Source of the DNA: Felis catus
Taxonomy: Eukaryota
Reading direction: 5' to 3'
Assembly: GCF_018350175.1 (NCBI RefSeq)
Contig: NC_058368.1
Coordinates: 99,512,001-99,576,000, forward strand
DNA length: 64,000 nucleotides
Numbering within the stretch: position 1 is the stretch's first letter; each line of letters begins with the position of its first letter. The position numbers and the translations under genes are program-made. The notes beneath the pieces were generated by a model, which was not told where the DNA came from, made no database searches, and worked only from the letters and a program-made list of their open reading frames with translations. Positions 38,851 through 50,949 of this stretch are shown piece after piece.

Positions 38851-38935
38851 CTTTGGGAGACATACATGTTGAGCATGATAAGCTGCTTCTTGGTCCTTTT
38901 ATCATAAATCTTGTTCAGAAGCCTCTGTATTGCCC
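38851..38935 (-). pseudogene. Exon remnant, PKD repeat
   Basis: gacag|GQYR (frameshift) LLNKIYDKRTKKQLIMLNMYVSQ|gtaggt. Confidence 0.4.
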
Positions 38936-39579
38936 CTGTCAGATTTATAATTAAAATGAGACATGGAGCTCCCCCCCCAGAAATGGTCATTACAGTACAA
39001 TTTTTAAAGGTGACATTTTTCAAATTACTTTGGTAATCCCAGTTTTCTTTATGTTTAGAAGATCTCATATTGCCTGGAGGCCAGGTTTCCCTTTTCAACC
39101 AAGGAAGACAATTTTTTATTTAAAAACAAAACAAAACAGAACTTCTCACATTCTGTTTTATTTTTCTACAGTATGTGTGGTTTGGGCTTTCTGGTACTTT
39201 CCTTGACTGTATATTCTTTTTAGCTTTCTGATTGATTTTTCTATGAAAAAATCCTCTCTCCTATCTTATTCCTCCCCTGCATCGTCATATGTACACTGCA
39301 TTTTTCATTACTTTCAAAAAATAGTTGTTGAAGTGAGAACTGGCTGAAAGTTTGTCATTATTAGCCTCTGGTTGACCCTGGGCACCAAGTTATGATAGGA
39401 AAACATAGGATAAAATAGGCAGAGAGGGAAAGGATAAGACCTGAGGTCACAGGGTGGGGAAAAACTTATTTTGGAACAATGCCGAGGTGCTTGACCACAA
39501 CATACCCCCTCAGGCTTAAGGTTCCTCTTAAGAATGTAACAGATCATTAGTCAGATTCCTGAGAGGGAAGTAGATGTCC

Positions 39580-39672
39580 TGCTCTCTCTCTCTCTCTGCC
39601 CCTCCCTAGTTTGTTCTCTCTCTCTCTCTCTCACTCTCTCTCTCTCTCAAAAATAAATAAACTTAAAAAAAA
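39580..39672 (+). mobile_element. 5'-truncated Can-SINE tail
   Basis: (CT)n plus aaaaataaataaacttaaaa. Confidence 0.75.
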
Positions 39673-39802
39673 ACCAAACAGGGAATACCAGAGAGTGGTG
39701 GGAGTTGGGGGCTAATTTTTTCCAGGAAGTGAAATATGAAGCAGGAAAATACTTAACCTTAATAATTTTTTCAAAACGTGTGCAGTTTTCAAAAACCAGT
39801 AC

Positions 39803-40021
39803 TTTTTAAAAATTTTTATTTATTTTATATTGTTTTTAATTTGAGAAAGAGAGAGAACATGCATAACCCGGGGAGAGGGGCAGAGGTGGAGAGAGAATCC
39901 CAAGCAGTCTCCACACTCAACGGGGAGCCTGAGGTGAGGCTTGATCCCACAACTCAGGGATCATGACCTGAGCTGAAATTAAGAGGCAGAGGTTCCACCA
40001 ACTGAGCCACCTAGGTGCCCC
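39803..40021 (-). mobile_element. Can-SINE
   Basis: SINE consensus on minus. Confidence 0.9.
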
Positions 40022-40269
40022 CCAAACTCAGTACTTTTTAATGAAATGACTCTTTCAGTGGCCTTAAGATGTTTAAATGTTTTTGAAGAACAATTACCTA
40101 AAATAATTCAGGGTTTAGGTTTTATGAGGTAGCTGCAAATGTCAAATACATTACGAAGTGAAAAAGTTACATTATTTGGACTATTAGGTTAAAGACTCAC
40201 TGAGGAAATTCAGGTTTTTCGTATTAGTATTACCTCCACTCCCCACCCCCCCCACCCCCATACATTGGA

Positions 40270-40500
40270 AAGCACTGGAATGTAATGGTTTACAGCACTG
40301 TCTCTTCCCCAACTCAAATACTGAGTTTCTTCATTTAGTAGCTGTGTGATCATGAGAATGTTACTTAAACTCTAGTTGCTGCCTCTTTGTCAAAAAAGAG
40401 GCATGGTAACAACACGTACCTCCCTGAGCAATTTAGAATAAAGAAAGATAACCTCTTACCATAGTGCTTACTATTTAATAATACTCAAAAATAATAAATG
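40270..40500 (+). repeat. MIR
   Basis: tagctgtgtgatcatgagaatgttacttaaactct. Confidence 0.6.
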
Positions 40501-40673
40501 TGACTACAGGTATTAACAATTATCTTATGCACTCCCATATTAATGACACATAGTATAAAATCTTTTGTTTCTAATTTTCATACCTCAAATTTATGAATAC
40601 AGTTCATGGATTAATCTATGATAATGCATTACTAATGTTACTATATCAATATTTTATGTGTCATTTCTCTCAC

Positions 40674-40767
40674 CAGGAAAACACTATAAATAAGTCAGCA
40701 AAAAAATAATGTAAACCTCTGAGATAACATCTTTCTCATGATATATCCATGAAAATATAATACAATC
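40674..40767 (-). pseudogene. Exon remnant, PKD repeat
   Basis: ttag|GLYYIFMDIS*...|gtgaga; matches GxYxV/IxVxASN. Confidence 0.5.
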
Positions 40768-40899
40768 CTAATTCAGTTTAAGCATTGCTAGGAGCCCAAA
40801 AGGAGAAAAGTAGAAAATAAATGATTTTGAAATGCTTTTTTTTCTTTTTTCTTTTTTTTTTACTTCTTTCCATCTATTATCAACAAAACAATCAAAGAA

Positions 40900-42030
40900 A
40901 TATTTTTGAAACTGTAAGCCATATCATATCACCCTCTAATAACTACTAACAACTAGAATAAAATCCCATGTTACTGTTACAACCTTTAAATCTCTACATT
41001 CTTGCCCCCTGAATCTGTCTCAGCTTCCATTCTATTGTTATCACCCATAATTTCTTCACACCCCACTGGTCTTTTTGCTATTCTCTGGGAAAACGCACAC
41101 CCTCATACTTATAGATTTGTGCACTTTCCCTTCTCTCTATGTAATATTATTTCCCCCAAATAGTTCACTGTGTCACTTCATCTATGGTGTTCCTGTTAAC
41201 CTCCGCTAGGAGCACTTCCTTAACCATCCTATCTAAAGGTACGCTTATCACTATTTTCTTACTTTAAATTTTTCAGGACAGAATATTTACCCACCTAGCA
41301 CAAATAATAGTAAATATGTGTGTTTATAGTTTTTCAGTTCATGTCCCCACACTAGAATATACATTTTATAAGAGTAGAGTTATTTTGGCAAGAAACAGAC
41401 TCTTAAGTCTAGAGAACAAACTGAGAGTTACTAGAGGGGCAGGAGGTGCAGGGCTGGGTGGGGGAAACAGGTGATGGGGATTAAGGAGTGAACTTGTGAT
41501 GAGCACCTGGTGTTGAATGGAAGTGTTGAATCATATATTGTACACCTGAAGCCAGTATAACACTATGTTAAATACAAAACTAAATACAAACTTAAAATGC
41601 AAATTTTAAAAAAGAATTACTGTTAATTTTTGGTGCAATAAAAAAAGAATAAAGCTCCCCCCCACCCCAAAAAAGAAATAACTTTCACGTATTTGAGGTT
41701 TGGAGTTGAGTTTACTGTAAAATAATTTTTAAAAAACAAGTATTGTTTTTACAGGAATATATTTTTTGGAATAGATACAGAGGATCAGATTTGCAATTGG
41801 AAACAACTTAGTGTAATTAGCTTCATAAATGAACTGGGAGATATTAATGTAACCTCTCTGTTAAATTGGTGATTAATAATAGCAAGCTGACAGAATTCAA
41901 AGGGAAAAAAAATAAAAACCTTTCTGTCTTAAAAAAAAAGTAATGTTTTATTTCACTGTTATATGCCCACTGCCTTGAAAAGTAACAGGTGCTCAGTATG
42001 TGCTCAATAAATATATACTAAATAAATAGT
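40900..42030 (+). repeat. L2 3' portion, interrupted at 41390-41940
   Basis: ccccacactagaat...|...ttcactgttat...gctcaataaatat, L2-end motifs. Confidence 0.7.
41390..41940 (+). mobile_element. L1 3' end plus additional polyadenylated sequence
   Basis: L1 3'UTR 41390-41610, then unique sequence ending aataaa...A9. Confidence 0.65.
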
Positions 42031-42575
42031 AAGTGCTCAAAATTATTTAGTGAAGGAATACATTAAATATTTTATGAACTACTTCCAGCTAGGTACGAAT
42101 ATTGGTATCAGACAAAGCATCATAACATATAACTGCAAAATCTGAATGATACCCAGTAGGTAACACCTGATATAGAACAGCTAAAGGTCTGAAAACGTAT
42201 GGGAGCCAAGGTGGAAAAGAGATCACAGCATAGAAGATTTTTACTTTGATTTTACTTTGGGTAGACTTTTACTTTGAGGTGAAACCATTGTTTTAGCTGA
42301 AGCTTCCAGGTCTAGAAGCCAAATAGCTCAAATTCTCTGAAACAAGAGAATCAAGTGCTGAAAAACCCCAGAGTAAAAGATTGGAGGGACAGTGAATGAA
42401 GTGGAAAGTGATGTCAATGTTGACAGACCGAATGGAATTGGAGACATTTTTATGAAGGTAGAGCAAAGAGCACTCACGAGCCCAGGAAAACAGGGTAGAA
42501 GACATGGATACAAATGTACTCTCTAAAATAAGCACTAAGCAAATTAGTTAAGAAATAGATATCAAAAGAAGTCTT

Positions 42576-42787
42576 GGGGTGCCTGGGTGGCTCAGTTAGT
42601 TAAGCGTCAGACTTCTGCTCATGCTCTTGTGGTTTGTGAGTTCAAGCCCCACGTCAGGGTCTGTGCTGACAGCTCAGACCCTGGATCCCGCTTCGGATTC
42701 TGTGTCTCCCTCTCTCTCTCCGTTCCTCCCCCACTCGCACTAGGGCTCGCTGTCTCTCAAAAACAAATAAAGAATAAAAAAAAAAAA
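42576..42787 (+). mobile_element. Can-SINE
   Basis: SINE consensus; TSD aagtct. Confidence 0.95.
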
Positions 42788-42859
42788 GTCTACAAGGGAA
42801 ACTTGTATACCTGAAAAATACTTGATTAATCTGAAAGAAGCGCCTCCCCTCCCCAAAAA

Positions 42860-43170
42860 CAGAGAAATTGGTTAAGTGAAATAAACCGGTCACAGATGGA
42901 CAAGTACTTACTTGAAGTATCTAAAGTACCCAAAGTCTTGAAAGCAGAGTAGAAAGTTGGCTACTAGGGCCTGGGGCAGCGGTGGGGTAGGGGAGAGACC
43001 TCCCAGGAGGGGAAAGTAGGAGGTTGTTCAAGGGGCATAAAGTATCTGTTATGCAAGCTGAATCCATTCTAGAGCACAACAGTAGTGCCTGTAGTTAATA
43101 ATGCTGTAGTGTATTCAGCACATTTGTTCAGAGGGAAGATTTCCTGGTAAGTGTTGTTACCACAATAAAA
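42860..43170 (+). mobile_element. L1MA-type 3' fragment
   Basis: gttaagtgaaataa.cc.gtcacaga...aagtgtt.ttaccacaataaaaa. Confidence 0.75.
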
Positions 43171-43439
43171 ACTGTTTCTCTAAGAGATCACCTTTCTTCT
43201 AAAATCAAAACGCATGCTGTGACTTTAAGTAGTCAAGTAGACATAAGTTCTGCACTCCTTCAGGCCCCGTGTTTTTATTCGACTATGAATTATCATCGTG
43301 ATTTTGCCTCTAATATCGTTTGAAGAGCAGAACTCTTTCTGTGACTTTTTTCCTTCATGTCAAGTTTCCCTGAGGTTGAGAAAAGGAACAACACAGCAAC
43401 ATGTTTTATAGGTATTTGCTTTAGCAGCATTGAAGTATT

Positions 43440-43543
43440 TTATACTCAAGAAAATAATCTAAGCATATTCATTATAGATGGTAGAGTTTTGGTAAACAGT
43501 TTGGCTTTTAAATATCACAGTTTCAGTGATAACAACAATCAGC
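43440..43543 (-). pseudogene. Possible exon remnant, PKD-like
   Basis: LIVVITETVIFKSQTVYQNSTIY resembles the PKD xVxTxExVxFxA segment. Confidence 0.35.
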
Positions 43544-43731
43544 CTGTTTATTTACAAAGAAAATGCTGTTGAAATAGTGTTTTATACATAAGAGTCTTAC
43601 TGGGTGAAGTATTATTTTACAAAAGGCCACAGATCCTGTAATTTCATTTTATAATAGCTAACGTTAGTATTTAGCTAGAGCTTTAATGACACTTTTTACT
43701 TAGATTGAAAAGTGAATTTTCTTTGTTATTA

Positions 43732-43956
43732 ATTTTTTTTTAATTTTTTAATGTTTATTCATTTTTTGGAGAGAGAGCATAAATGCAGGAGGGCAGAGAG
43801 AGAGAGAGAGAGAGAGAAGGAGACAGAATCTGAAGCAAGCTCCAGGCTCTGAGCTATCAGCAACAGAGCCAGATGTGCGGTTCAAACCCATGGATGGTGA
43901 AATCATGACCTGAGCTGAAGTCATACACTTAACCAACTGAGCCACCCAAGTGGTCC
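43732..43956 (-). mobile_element. Can-SINE
   Basis: SINE consensus; TSD tgaaaagtgaatttt. Confidence 0.95.
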
Positions 43957-44149
43957 TGAAAAGTGAATTTTCTATGGTGAGATAGATAGCTATACCCTCA
44001 TGTACTAAATATTTTGAAACAGAGATTATCGTTAATCACGCTCTTGACCACATGCCTTAAAAAATCAGAGAAGGTAAAAGGGAGAAACACGAAGCGTCTC
44101 TCCAATTTAAGCCCTATTTATTCTGTAAGCATTACATTTTGAATTCTGT

Positions 44150-44266
44150 ATTTTATCTTGTTTTCATATTCATTGTGAGGTCTTTGACCTGTCTTTGCTT
44201 TTGAAATTGCATTAATGCAATACTTCTGTTTAACTCTGTGTGTTTTTTACCAACCAAGAATCTATT
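44150..44266 (-). pseudogene. Exon remnant, start of next PKD repeat
   Basis: tttag|NRFLVGKKHTELNRSIAL, phase 0, compatible with the previous donor across a 201-bp intron; 3' end uncertain. Confidence 0.4.
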
Positions 44267-44467
44267 CTAAATTTCAGAGATGAGCTTAAAGTGTTTACAT
44301 TATTCATTTAAGAGCATTTCCTTTTATTGCTAAGGGACTATCCCTCACCTTTCCCCTCCTTGATTTGATGATGCACTGGCTATCTGCTATACTAATTAAT
44401 ACATCTTAAAGTCTGTACTCATTTTATGTTATTTCAGAAAATGAGTAGTCAGTTATTTTACACTTAC

Positions 44468-44551
44468 CTTTTGTATAACCACAGGGAAGTGAACTATAAG
44501 TTGAGTTTTAGCCAGAGACTTACTCTTATATGTATACATATATGATATATC
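44468..44551 (-). pseudogene. Exon remnant, PKD-repeat C-terminal strand
   Basis: Reads ...YKSKSLAKTQLIVHFPVVIQK|gtaagt; strong donor; 5' boundary uncertain. Confidence 0.55.
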
Positions 44552-44608
44552 CTACATTTATTTCTCGTACATTATCTTTTCAAGCTTTTATTTAAAATCC
44601 AGTTCGTT

Positions 44609-44860
44609 GGGGCACCTGGGTGGCACAGTCAGTGAAGCATCTGACTCTTGATTGTGGCTCAGGTCATGATCTCACGGTTCATGAGTTCGAGCTCTCCATT
44701 GACCTCTGCGTTAATGGTATGGAGCCCGATTGGAATTCTCTCTCTCTCATGCTCTCTCTCTGCCCCTCCCAGGCTCGCTCATGCTCTGCCTCTCTCTCTC
44801 TCTCTCTCTCAAAGTAAATAAATGAATAAATTATACAAAACTATAAACAATAACAATAAA
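44609..44860 (+). mobile_element. Can-SINE
   Basis: SINE consensus. Confidence 0.95.
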
Positions 44861-44869
44861 TAATTTCTT

Positions 44870-45651
44870 GTGTAGCATTAGCTTGAGGTATACAATATAT
44901 ATCCTGCATTTTTTATGGCAGCTGCAGATTTTCATAGAGTGAACCAGGACAATTAGGACTTATCCTTACTTCCTGAAGCTAAGTGTCAAAGTCTTTTATT
45001 TTTTGCATGGGTGGAAATACTAGTTGGAAAAATGACCTTTATGTCCTGGGGTTTGGTACTTTTTTTTTTTTTTGAAATTGTGTAACTCTAAATTCAAATT
45101 ATTTAGCAGCTATAGTTCCTGTACTGTACAAGTCTTTCTTCTTTCATTTTTCAACAACATTGTTACAATTCATGTATTTGTCATAGTTGTGATGAAAAAG
45201 TTCTTTATAGTATTTATTAATTATCCTATAATATTTGAAGGGTCTGCGGTGATGTCCTTTTCATTTCTCAATTTGTTGATCTTCTCAAACAACCAGTTTT
45301 TGTCACATTGATATTTTATGCACATTTTTTGTTGTTTATTAATTTGGTTTTTACCCTGATGGTTTTTCCCTGCTTTACGCTGCTTGGTTAGATATTGTCC
45401 TTCTTTTGCTGGTTTTTAAAGGCAAAACCTGTGGTCATTGACTTGAGATTTTTGTTCTTTTCTGACGCAAGTATTGAGTGCTGTAAATTTCTCTTTTGTA
45501 AACACTGTTTTGATTGTATTCTACATGTTTTGATAGGGTGTGTTTTCATTTTCACTTGGCTTAATACGGTGTAAGCTTTCCCTTGATACTTCTTTCACAC
45601 CAGTCTTTACCTGGTTTCCTCAAAGAGTAGGTTAAGGACACTTTATTATTA

Positions 45652-45697
<46 letters not shown>

Positions 45698-45940
45698 CTA
45701 ATCAGCTATAAAAAGCCTCTATCTGGTATCCTCTCCCTCCTGAATGAGTAACTTGTATTTTTGTAGCTTAAGTGTCGTGACACTGGATTTTTTCAGTGGA
45801 TAGTGATGGTGGTATTATTAGTAATGTCTGAGATAGTCTTAATTTCCTTTTTGATATGTGAGGCGGAGAATTATAGATTGAAAGCTGACTTTAACACTGG
45901 AAGACATCACTTTACTGCCTTTTGACTTGTCTGGTAAATA
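44870..45940 (-). mobile_element. Old L1 fragments with (ATT)n
   Basis: T-rich, diverged L1 ORF2-like sequence. Confidence 0.6.
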
Positions 45941-45964
45941 GTACGAAGCCCTCTGTATAAGAAT

Positions 45965-47719
45965 CGACTAAAAATGATTAAAGACTGAAACATAAGCCCT
46001 GAAACTGTAAAACTGCTGAAAGAAGGCAGGGTTGAAGTTAAAGACACGGATCTTTGGAAATGACCTCACGGGCAACAAAAGTAAAACCAGAGAAGTGCGA
46101 CTATATAAGAGTAACAGGCTTCTGCATAGGGAACAACCAACGGAGGGGAAAAGTAACATACAGAATGAGAGAAAATATTTGTAAACCATGTATTTGATAA
46201 GGAGTTCATTTCCAAAATACATAAGGAACTCCTACAAATTAGTCATACACACAAAAAAAGCCAAAATAACTAGGTTAAAAAATGGGCAAAGGAACTGAAT
46301 AGACATTTTCCCAAAGACCTACGGATAGCCAACAGGGATGTGAAAAGAGGCTTACTCTCACTAATCATCAAAGAAATGCAAATAAGAATCATAGGGCTCT
46401 CACCTTACACCTGTTAGAATGGCTGTTATCAAGAAAACCAGCAAGAAGTGTTGGTGATGGTGGAGAAATCAGAGCTGTTCTGCACGGCTGATGGGAATGT
46501 GAAATAGTACAGTCACTATGGAAAAACGTGTGGAGATTATCAGAAAAAAAAAAAAAAGAAAACTACCATACGGTGCAGCAATCACACTCTTGGGTATCGA
46601 TCCAAAATAATTGACATCCTCTTCTCAAAGAGATGGGTTTACTTCCATGTTCTTCGTAGCACTCTTCACGATATCTGTGATATAGAAACAACCCAAATGT
46701 TCAACAGATCATTGAAAGAGACTACATAGTATACACATACAATGGAAAATTATTCAGCCACAAAAAGGAACTCTTGCCATTTGTGGCAACAGGGATGGCT
46801 TTGGAAGACATTATCCTAAGTAAGTGTCCTTCTGGGACTGACAAATACTGCATAATTCCACACAAATGAAGCATCTAGTTATAATACTCATAAAAGCTCA
46901 AAATGGTAGTTTCCAGGAGGAATGGGAAATGGTGAGTTATTCAATGGATTTAAATGTACAGTTATAAAAGAGTACATTGTGCAGATCTGATATACAACAT
47001 ACTGCTTAGAGAAAACAATGTGGTATTATATACTTAAAAATTTAGAGGGTGGAGCACCTAGGTGGCTCAGTGACTTAGGCATCTGACTCTTGAGTTTGGC
47101 TTAGGTTATGATCTCATGGTTGGTGGACTTGAGCCCCGCATCAGACTCTGTGCTGGCAGCATGGAGTCTGCTTGGGATTTTTGCTCTCCCTCTCTTTCTT
47201 GCCCTCCCCCACTCATGAGCTCTCTTTCTTTTTCTCTCTCCTCTCTTTCCCTCTCTCTCAAAAATAAATAAACTTTAGAAAAATGTTTAGAGGGTAGGGT
47301 CATCTGGGTGGCTTAGTCAGTTGAGTGTCTGACTCTTGATTTCAGATCAGGTATGGTCCCAGGGTCATGGGATCAGACCACACATTGGCCTCTGTGCTGA
47401 GTGTGGAGCCTGCTTATGATTGTCTCTCTGTCTCTCCCTCTCCCCCCTCCCCCATGTCCCTCTTTCCCCAGCTCATGTTCTCTCTCTCCAAAATACAAAA
47501 TAAATTTAAAAAATTAATTTAGAGGGTAGATCTCTTATTAAGTGTTGCTGGTACGAGAGAAAACAACATAGGGACACAAGGAAGTGATGAATATATCTAT
47601 TATCTTGATTGCAGTGATGGTATGACAGATATGCCTACCTATGTCCAAGCTCATTAAATTGTATACATTACATATAGAGAGAGGGTTTTTTGTACAACAA
47701 TTAGACAACAACAAAAAAG

Positions 47720-47720
<1 letters not shown>
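45965..47720 (+). mobile_element. L1MA-type 3' portion
   Basis: ORF2 C-terminus and 3'UTR motifs; interrupted by two SINEs. Confidence 0.85.
47050..47520 (+). mobile_element. Two tandem Can-SINEs (47050-47285, 47297-47520)
   Basis: Target sequence tttagagggt occurs three times. Confidence 0.9.
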
Positions 47721-47763
<43 letters not shown>

Positions 47764-48021
47764 TATCAGTTTATAATACTCTATTTGGTTTTCCATAGTG
47801 CTGTGTGTGTTTCATTTACTCTATAAGATAATGGATAATCTTAAAAACACACAGAATTCTCACCAAGGATCTAAATTAGTAAAAAGAGTATTACAGAATG
47901 TTAAAAAAGAAATCTATTTCTTGTTATAAACATATATAACATATAGACTGTATGTTATATATAATCTCTTTCTTACTAGCACATAATAGATAAAATTGAT
48001 TATAATTAGCATGTTATCTCT

Positions 48022-50060
48022 CTTTTTTTCTTTTTTACATCTTATTTATTTTTGAGAGAGAGACAGAGCACAAATGGGGGAGAGGCATGGAGAGAGGGAG
48101 ACACAGAATCCGAAGCAGGCTCCAGGCTCTGAGCTGTTGGCACAGAGCCCGATGCGAGGCTCAAACTCATAAACCGTGGTGAGATCATGACCTGAGCTGA
48201 AGTAGGACGCTTAACCGACCGAGCCACCCAGGTGCCCCAGCATGTTATCTCTAATCATTGTTAAAATAATAGCAAGATTTCTGTTGTCCAGACCCTGACT
48301 TGGTAAGTGGGGAAACGCTATGGTCCTGCCTCAGTTCTTTTTTCAGTATTCTGAAGAGCTCTGTCACTTGCTCAGAATTCCTATGTTTGAAGGTTTTACA
48401 TTATGCCAGTTTCTTGGGCAACAGATTCAATAACTCAATTAGCTGTATTTTCTTCATATGCAAAAAAAAATGGGTTAAACTAAATGATGTCTAATTTCAG
48501 ATCTAGAATTCTTTTTTTTTAAATTTTTTTTTACATTTATTCATTTTTGAGAGACAGAGACAGAGCACAAGCAGGGGAGGGGCAGAGAGCGAGGGGACAC
48601 AGAATCTGAAGCAGGCTCCGGGCTCCGAGCTGCCAGCACAGAACCCAATGTGGGGCTTGAACCCACAAACCGTGAAATCATGACCTGAGCCGAAGTTGGA
48701 CGCTTAACTGACTGAGCCACCCAGGCGCCCCAATCTAGAATTCTTCTGATTCCAAATTAAGACTTTATTTTTTATTGAGATATAATTACCAAAATAGCAT
48801 TGTAGGTTTCAGGTGTACAAAATAATGATTCTGTATTTGTATGTATTATGAAATAGTCAACAAAATAGGTTTCATTAACATCCAGTGCCATGCATACAAT
48901 TTTTATTTTTTAATGTTAGAGGAAAAGGGCAAGCATGAGCAGGAGAGAGGGGCAGAGGGACAGAGAGAATCCTAAGGAGGCCTAACACTCAGCACACAGC
49001 CTGAAAGCAGGTCTTGATCCTATGACCCTGTGATCATGACCTGGAACCAAATCAAGTCAGACATTAAACCAACTGAGCCACTCAGGTGCTCCCACAGATA
49101 GTTTTTTTTAAGAGTTTTAAAACTCACTGAACATACTAATTCACAGTTTCAGACTTTATTTTTTTTAAATGTTGATTTTAGAGAGAGAGATAGAGAGACA
49201 GAGACAGAGAGAGGGAGAGGGAGGGGCAGAGAGAGAAGGAGACAGAGAACCTGAAGTGGGCCCAGTGCTTTTGGTGCAGAGCTCACCAGGCCGAACCCAC
49301 CAACCATGAGATCATGACCTGAGCTGAAGTCGGACGCTTAACCACCCAGGCACCCCTCAGTTTAAGACTTTAAATGTTACAGGGGCGCCTGGGTGGCTCA
49401 GTCGGTTGGGTGTCCAACTTCGGCTCAGGTCATGATCTCGCGGTTTGTGAGACCAAGCCGCAGGTCGGGCTCCGGGCTGACAGCTCGGAGCCTGGAACCT
49501 GCTTCGGATTCTGTGTCTCCCTCTCTCTCTGCCTCTCCCCCGCTTGTACTCTGTCTCTCTCTGTCTCTCAAAAATGAATAAATGAAAAAAAAATTTTTTT
49601 AAAGACTTTAAATGTTATATACACTTGTAGTTTCCAAACTTTTTTTTATAAATAGGTGGTGTAAAGATCTTTTCTAGTTGAATTGCAAATAAATAAAGAA
49701 ACTTAAATGAATGAAGTCTAACTAAATGTACCGTCTCTACCATCTCCTACCTTGAGAAAGAATTTTAAGCTGGTTGAGTAGTTTGACTTTTTCAAGCTAA
49801 GATAAAAAGTATTACAGAGTAGGGGCACCGGGGTGGTTCAGTCGGCTAAGTAGCCGACTTTGGCTCAGGTCATGATCTCCTGGTTCATGGGTTCAGACCC
49901 CGTGTCGGGCTCTGTCGTGCTGACAGCTTAGAACCTGGAGCCTGCTTCAGATTCTGTTTTCTCCCTCTCTCTCTGCAACCGCCCCCCCCCCCCCCGCCGC
50001 CACCACTGCTTAAGCTCTGCCTCTCTTTCAAAAAATAAACATTTAAACAAATTTTAAAAA
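48022..50060. mobile_element. Cluster of six Can-SINEs (48022-48238 -, 48512-48731 -, 48900-49092 -, 49157-49355 -, 49382-49600 +, 49821-50060 +)
   Basis: Each matches the SINE consensus; several have TSDs (agcatgttatctct, atctagaattctt, aaagtattacagagta). Confidence 0.92.
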
Positions 50061-50949
50061 AGTATTACAGAGTAATGAAAAACTTGTTGGAATAAAAATA
50101 AAAATAAATACAGAGAGTAATAAAAAAAGAAGTTTCATGAGATTTCCCCATTCACGCACACAAAATTAGACTTTCTGGTGATATTCAGTCCCCTTTCTTT
50201 AGGAATACATTCCAGCAGGGCACTTTTCTATCTTCTCTGAGGATTTTTCCACATCTTGATCTAATACCTCAAAATATTCTCCCTAAAATCTGCATCTCTC
50301 CTACACTACTTCCTGGTGATCTCTGTGACACTGTTGCTGTCAGTGCTGGGATGAGAATTCTTCCTTTTAGTGTCTTTTCCTTCTATAATCATTTTCATGC
50401 GGATTATAGAGCTTCTCTTCCTTCTCCGTCAAACGGGTAGTTTTGAGGAGGTAAAATAAACCAAACGGGAGTTTTAATATGGTCTCAAAAAAAGATACAG
50501 TAGTAAAAAAGTTGATAAACAAAAGATTGATTTGAATGAGGGGAACTCCTTGACTAAAAGGAAATAAAATTATGTGTCGAAAAACCTATACTTTTTATCT
50601 TTGATTCTCTATATGTAGTATCTCTCTTTTTCCCCCAGTGCCTTCAGGAATTTTTGTTTATGTTTTGTGTTCAGCGAATTCAATAATGTATATCTGGGTG
50701 TTTATGTTTGTTTGGGATTCATCCTCACATTATTCACAGGATCTCGTGGATTTGTCATTTGGGCATCTGTCATGAATTTATAAAAACTTTCAACCATTAT
50801 GTCTTTAAATACTCCAATTGCATATTCTGTGTCCTCCTTCCGGTATTCCAGATTTATTTATGTTAGACTATTAAATATGTCGCACTGTTCTTGGAGGCTC
50901 TGAATTTCCCCCATTTTTTCCCCCTCTGTTTATGAAAATTGTCAAAGTC

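Larger units (their letters stand above)
6011..44551 (-). pseudogene. Decayed multi-exon polycystin-1-like gene (PKD repeats + REJ module), unprocessed pseudogene; probably extends beyond these limits
   Basis: About 20 minus-strand exon remnants, most with AG/GT boundaries. Translations give PKD-domain motifs (GSxVxF/YxWxFGD, HxYxxxGxYxI, VxE/QxIxGL) followed in order by REJ motifs (GNYHLTVEVHFG, ISMESSTC, VYLDG). Many stops and frameshifts. Confidence 0.78.
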
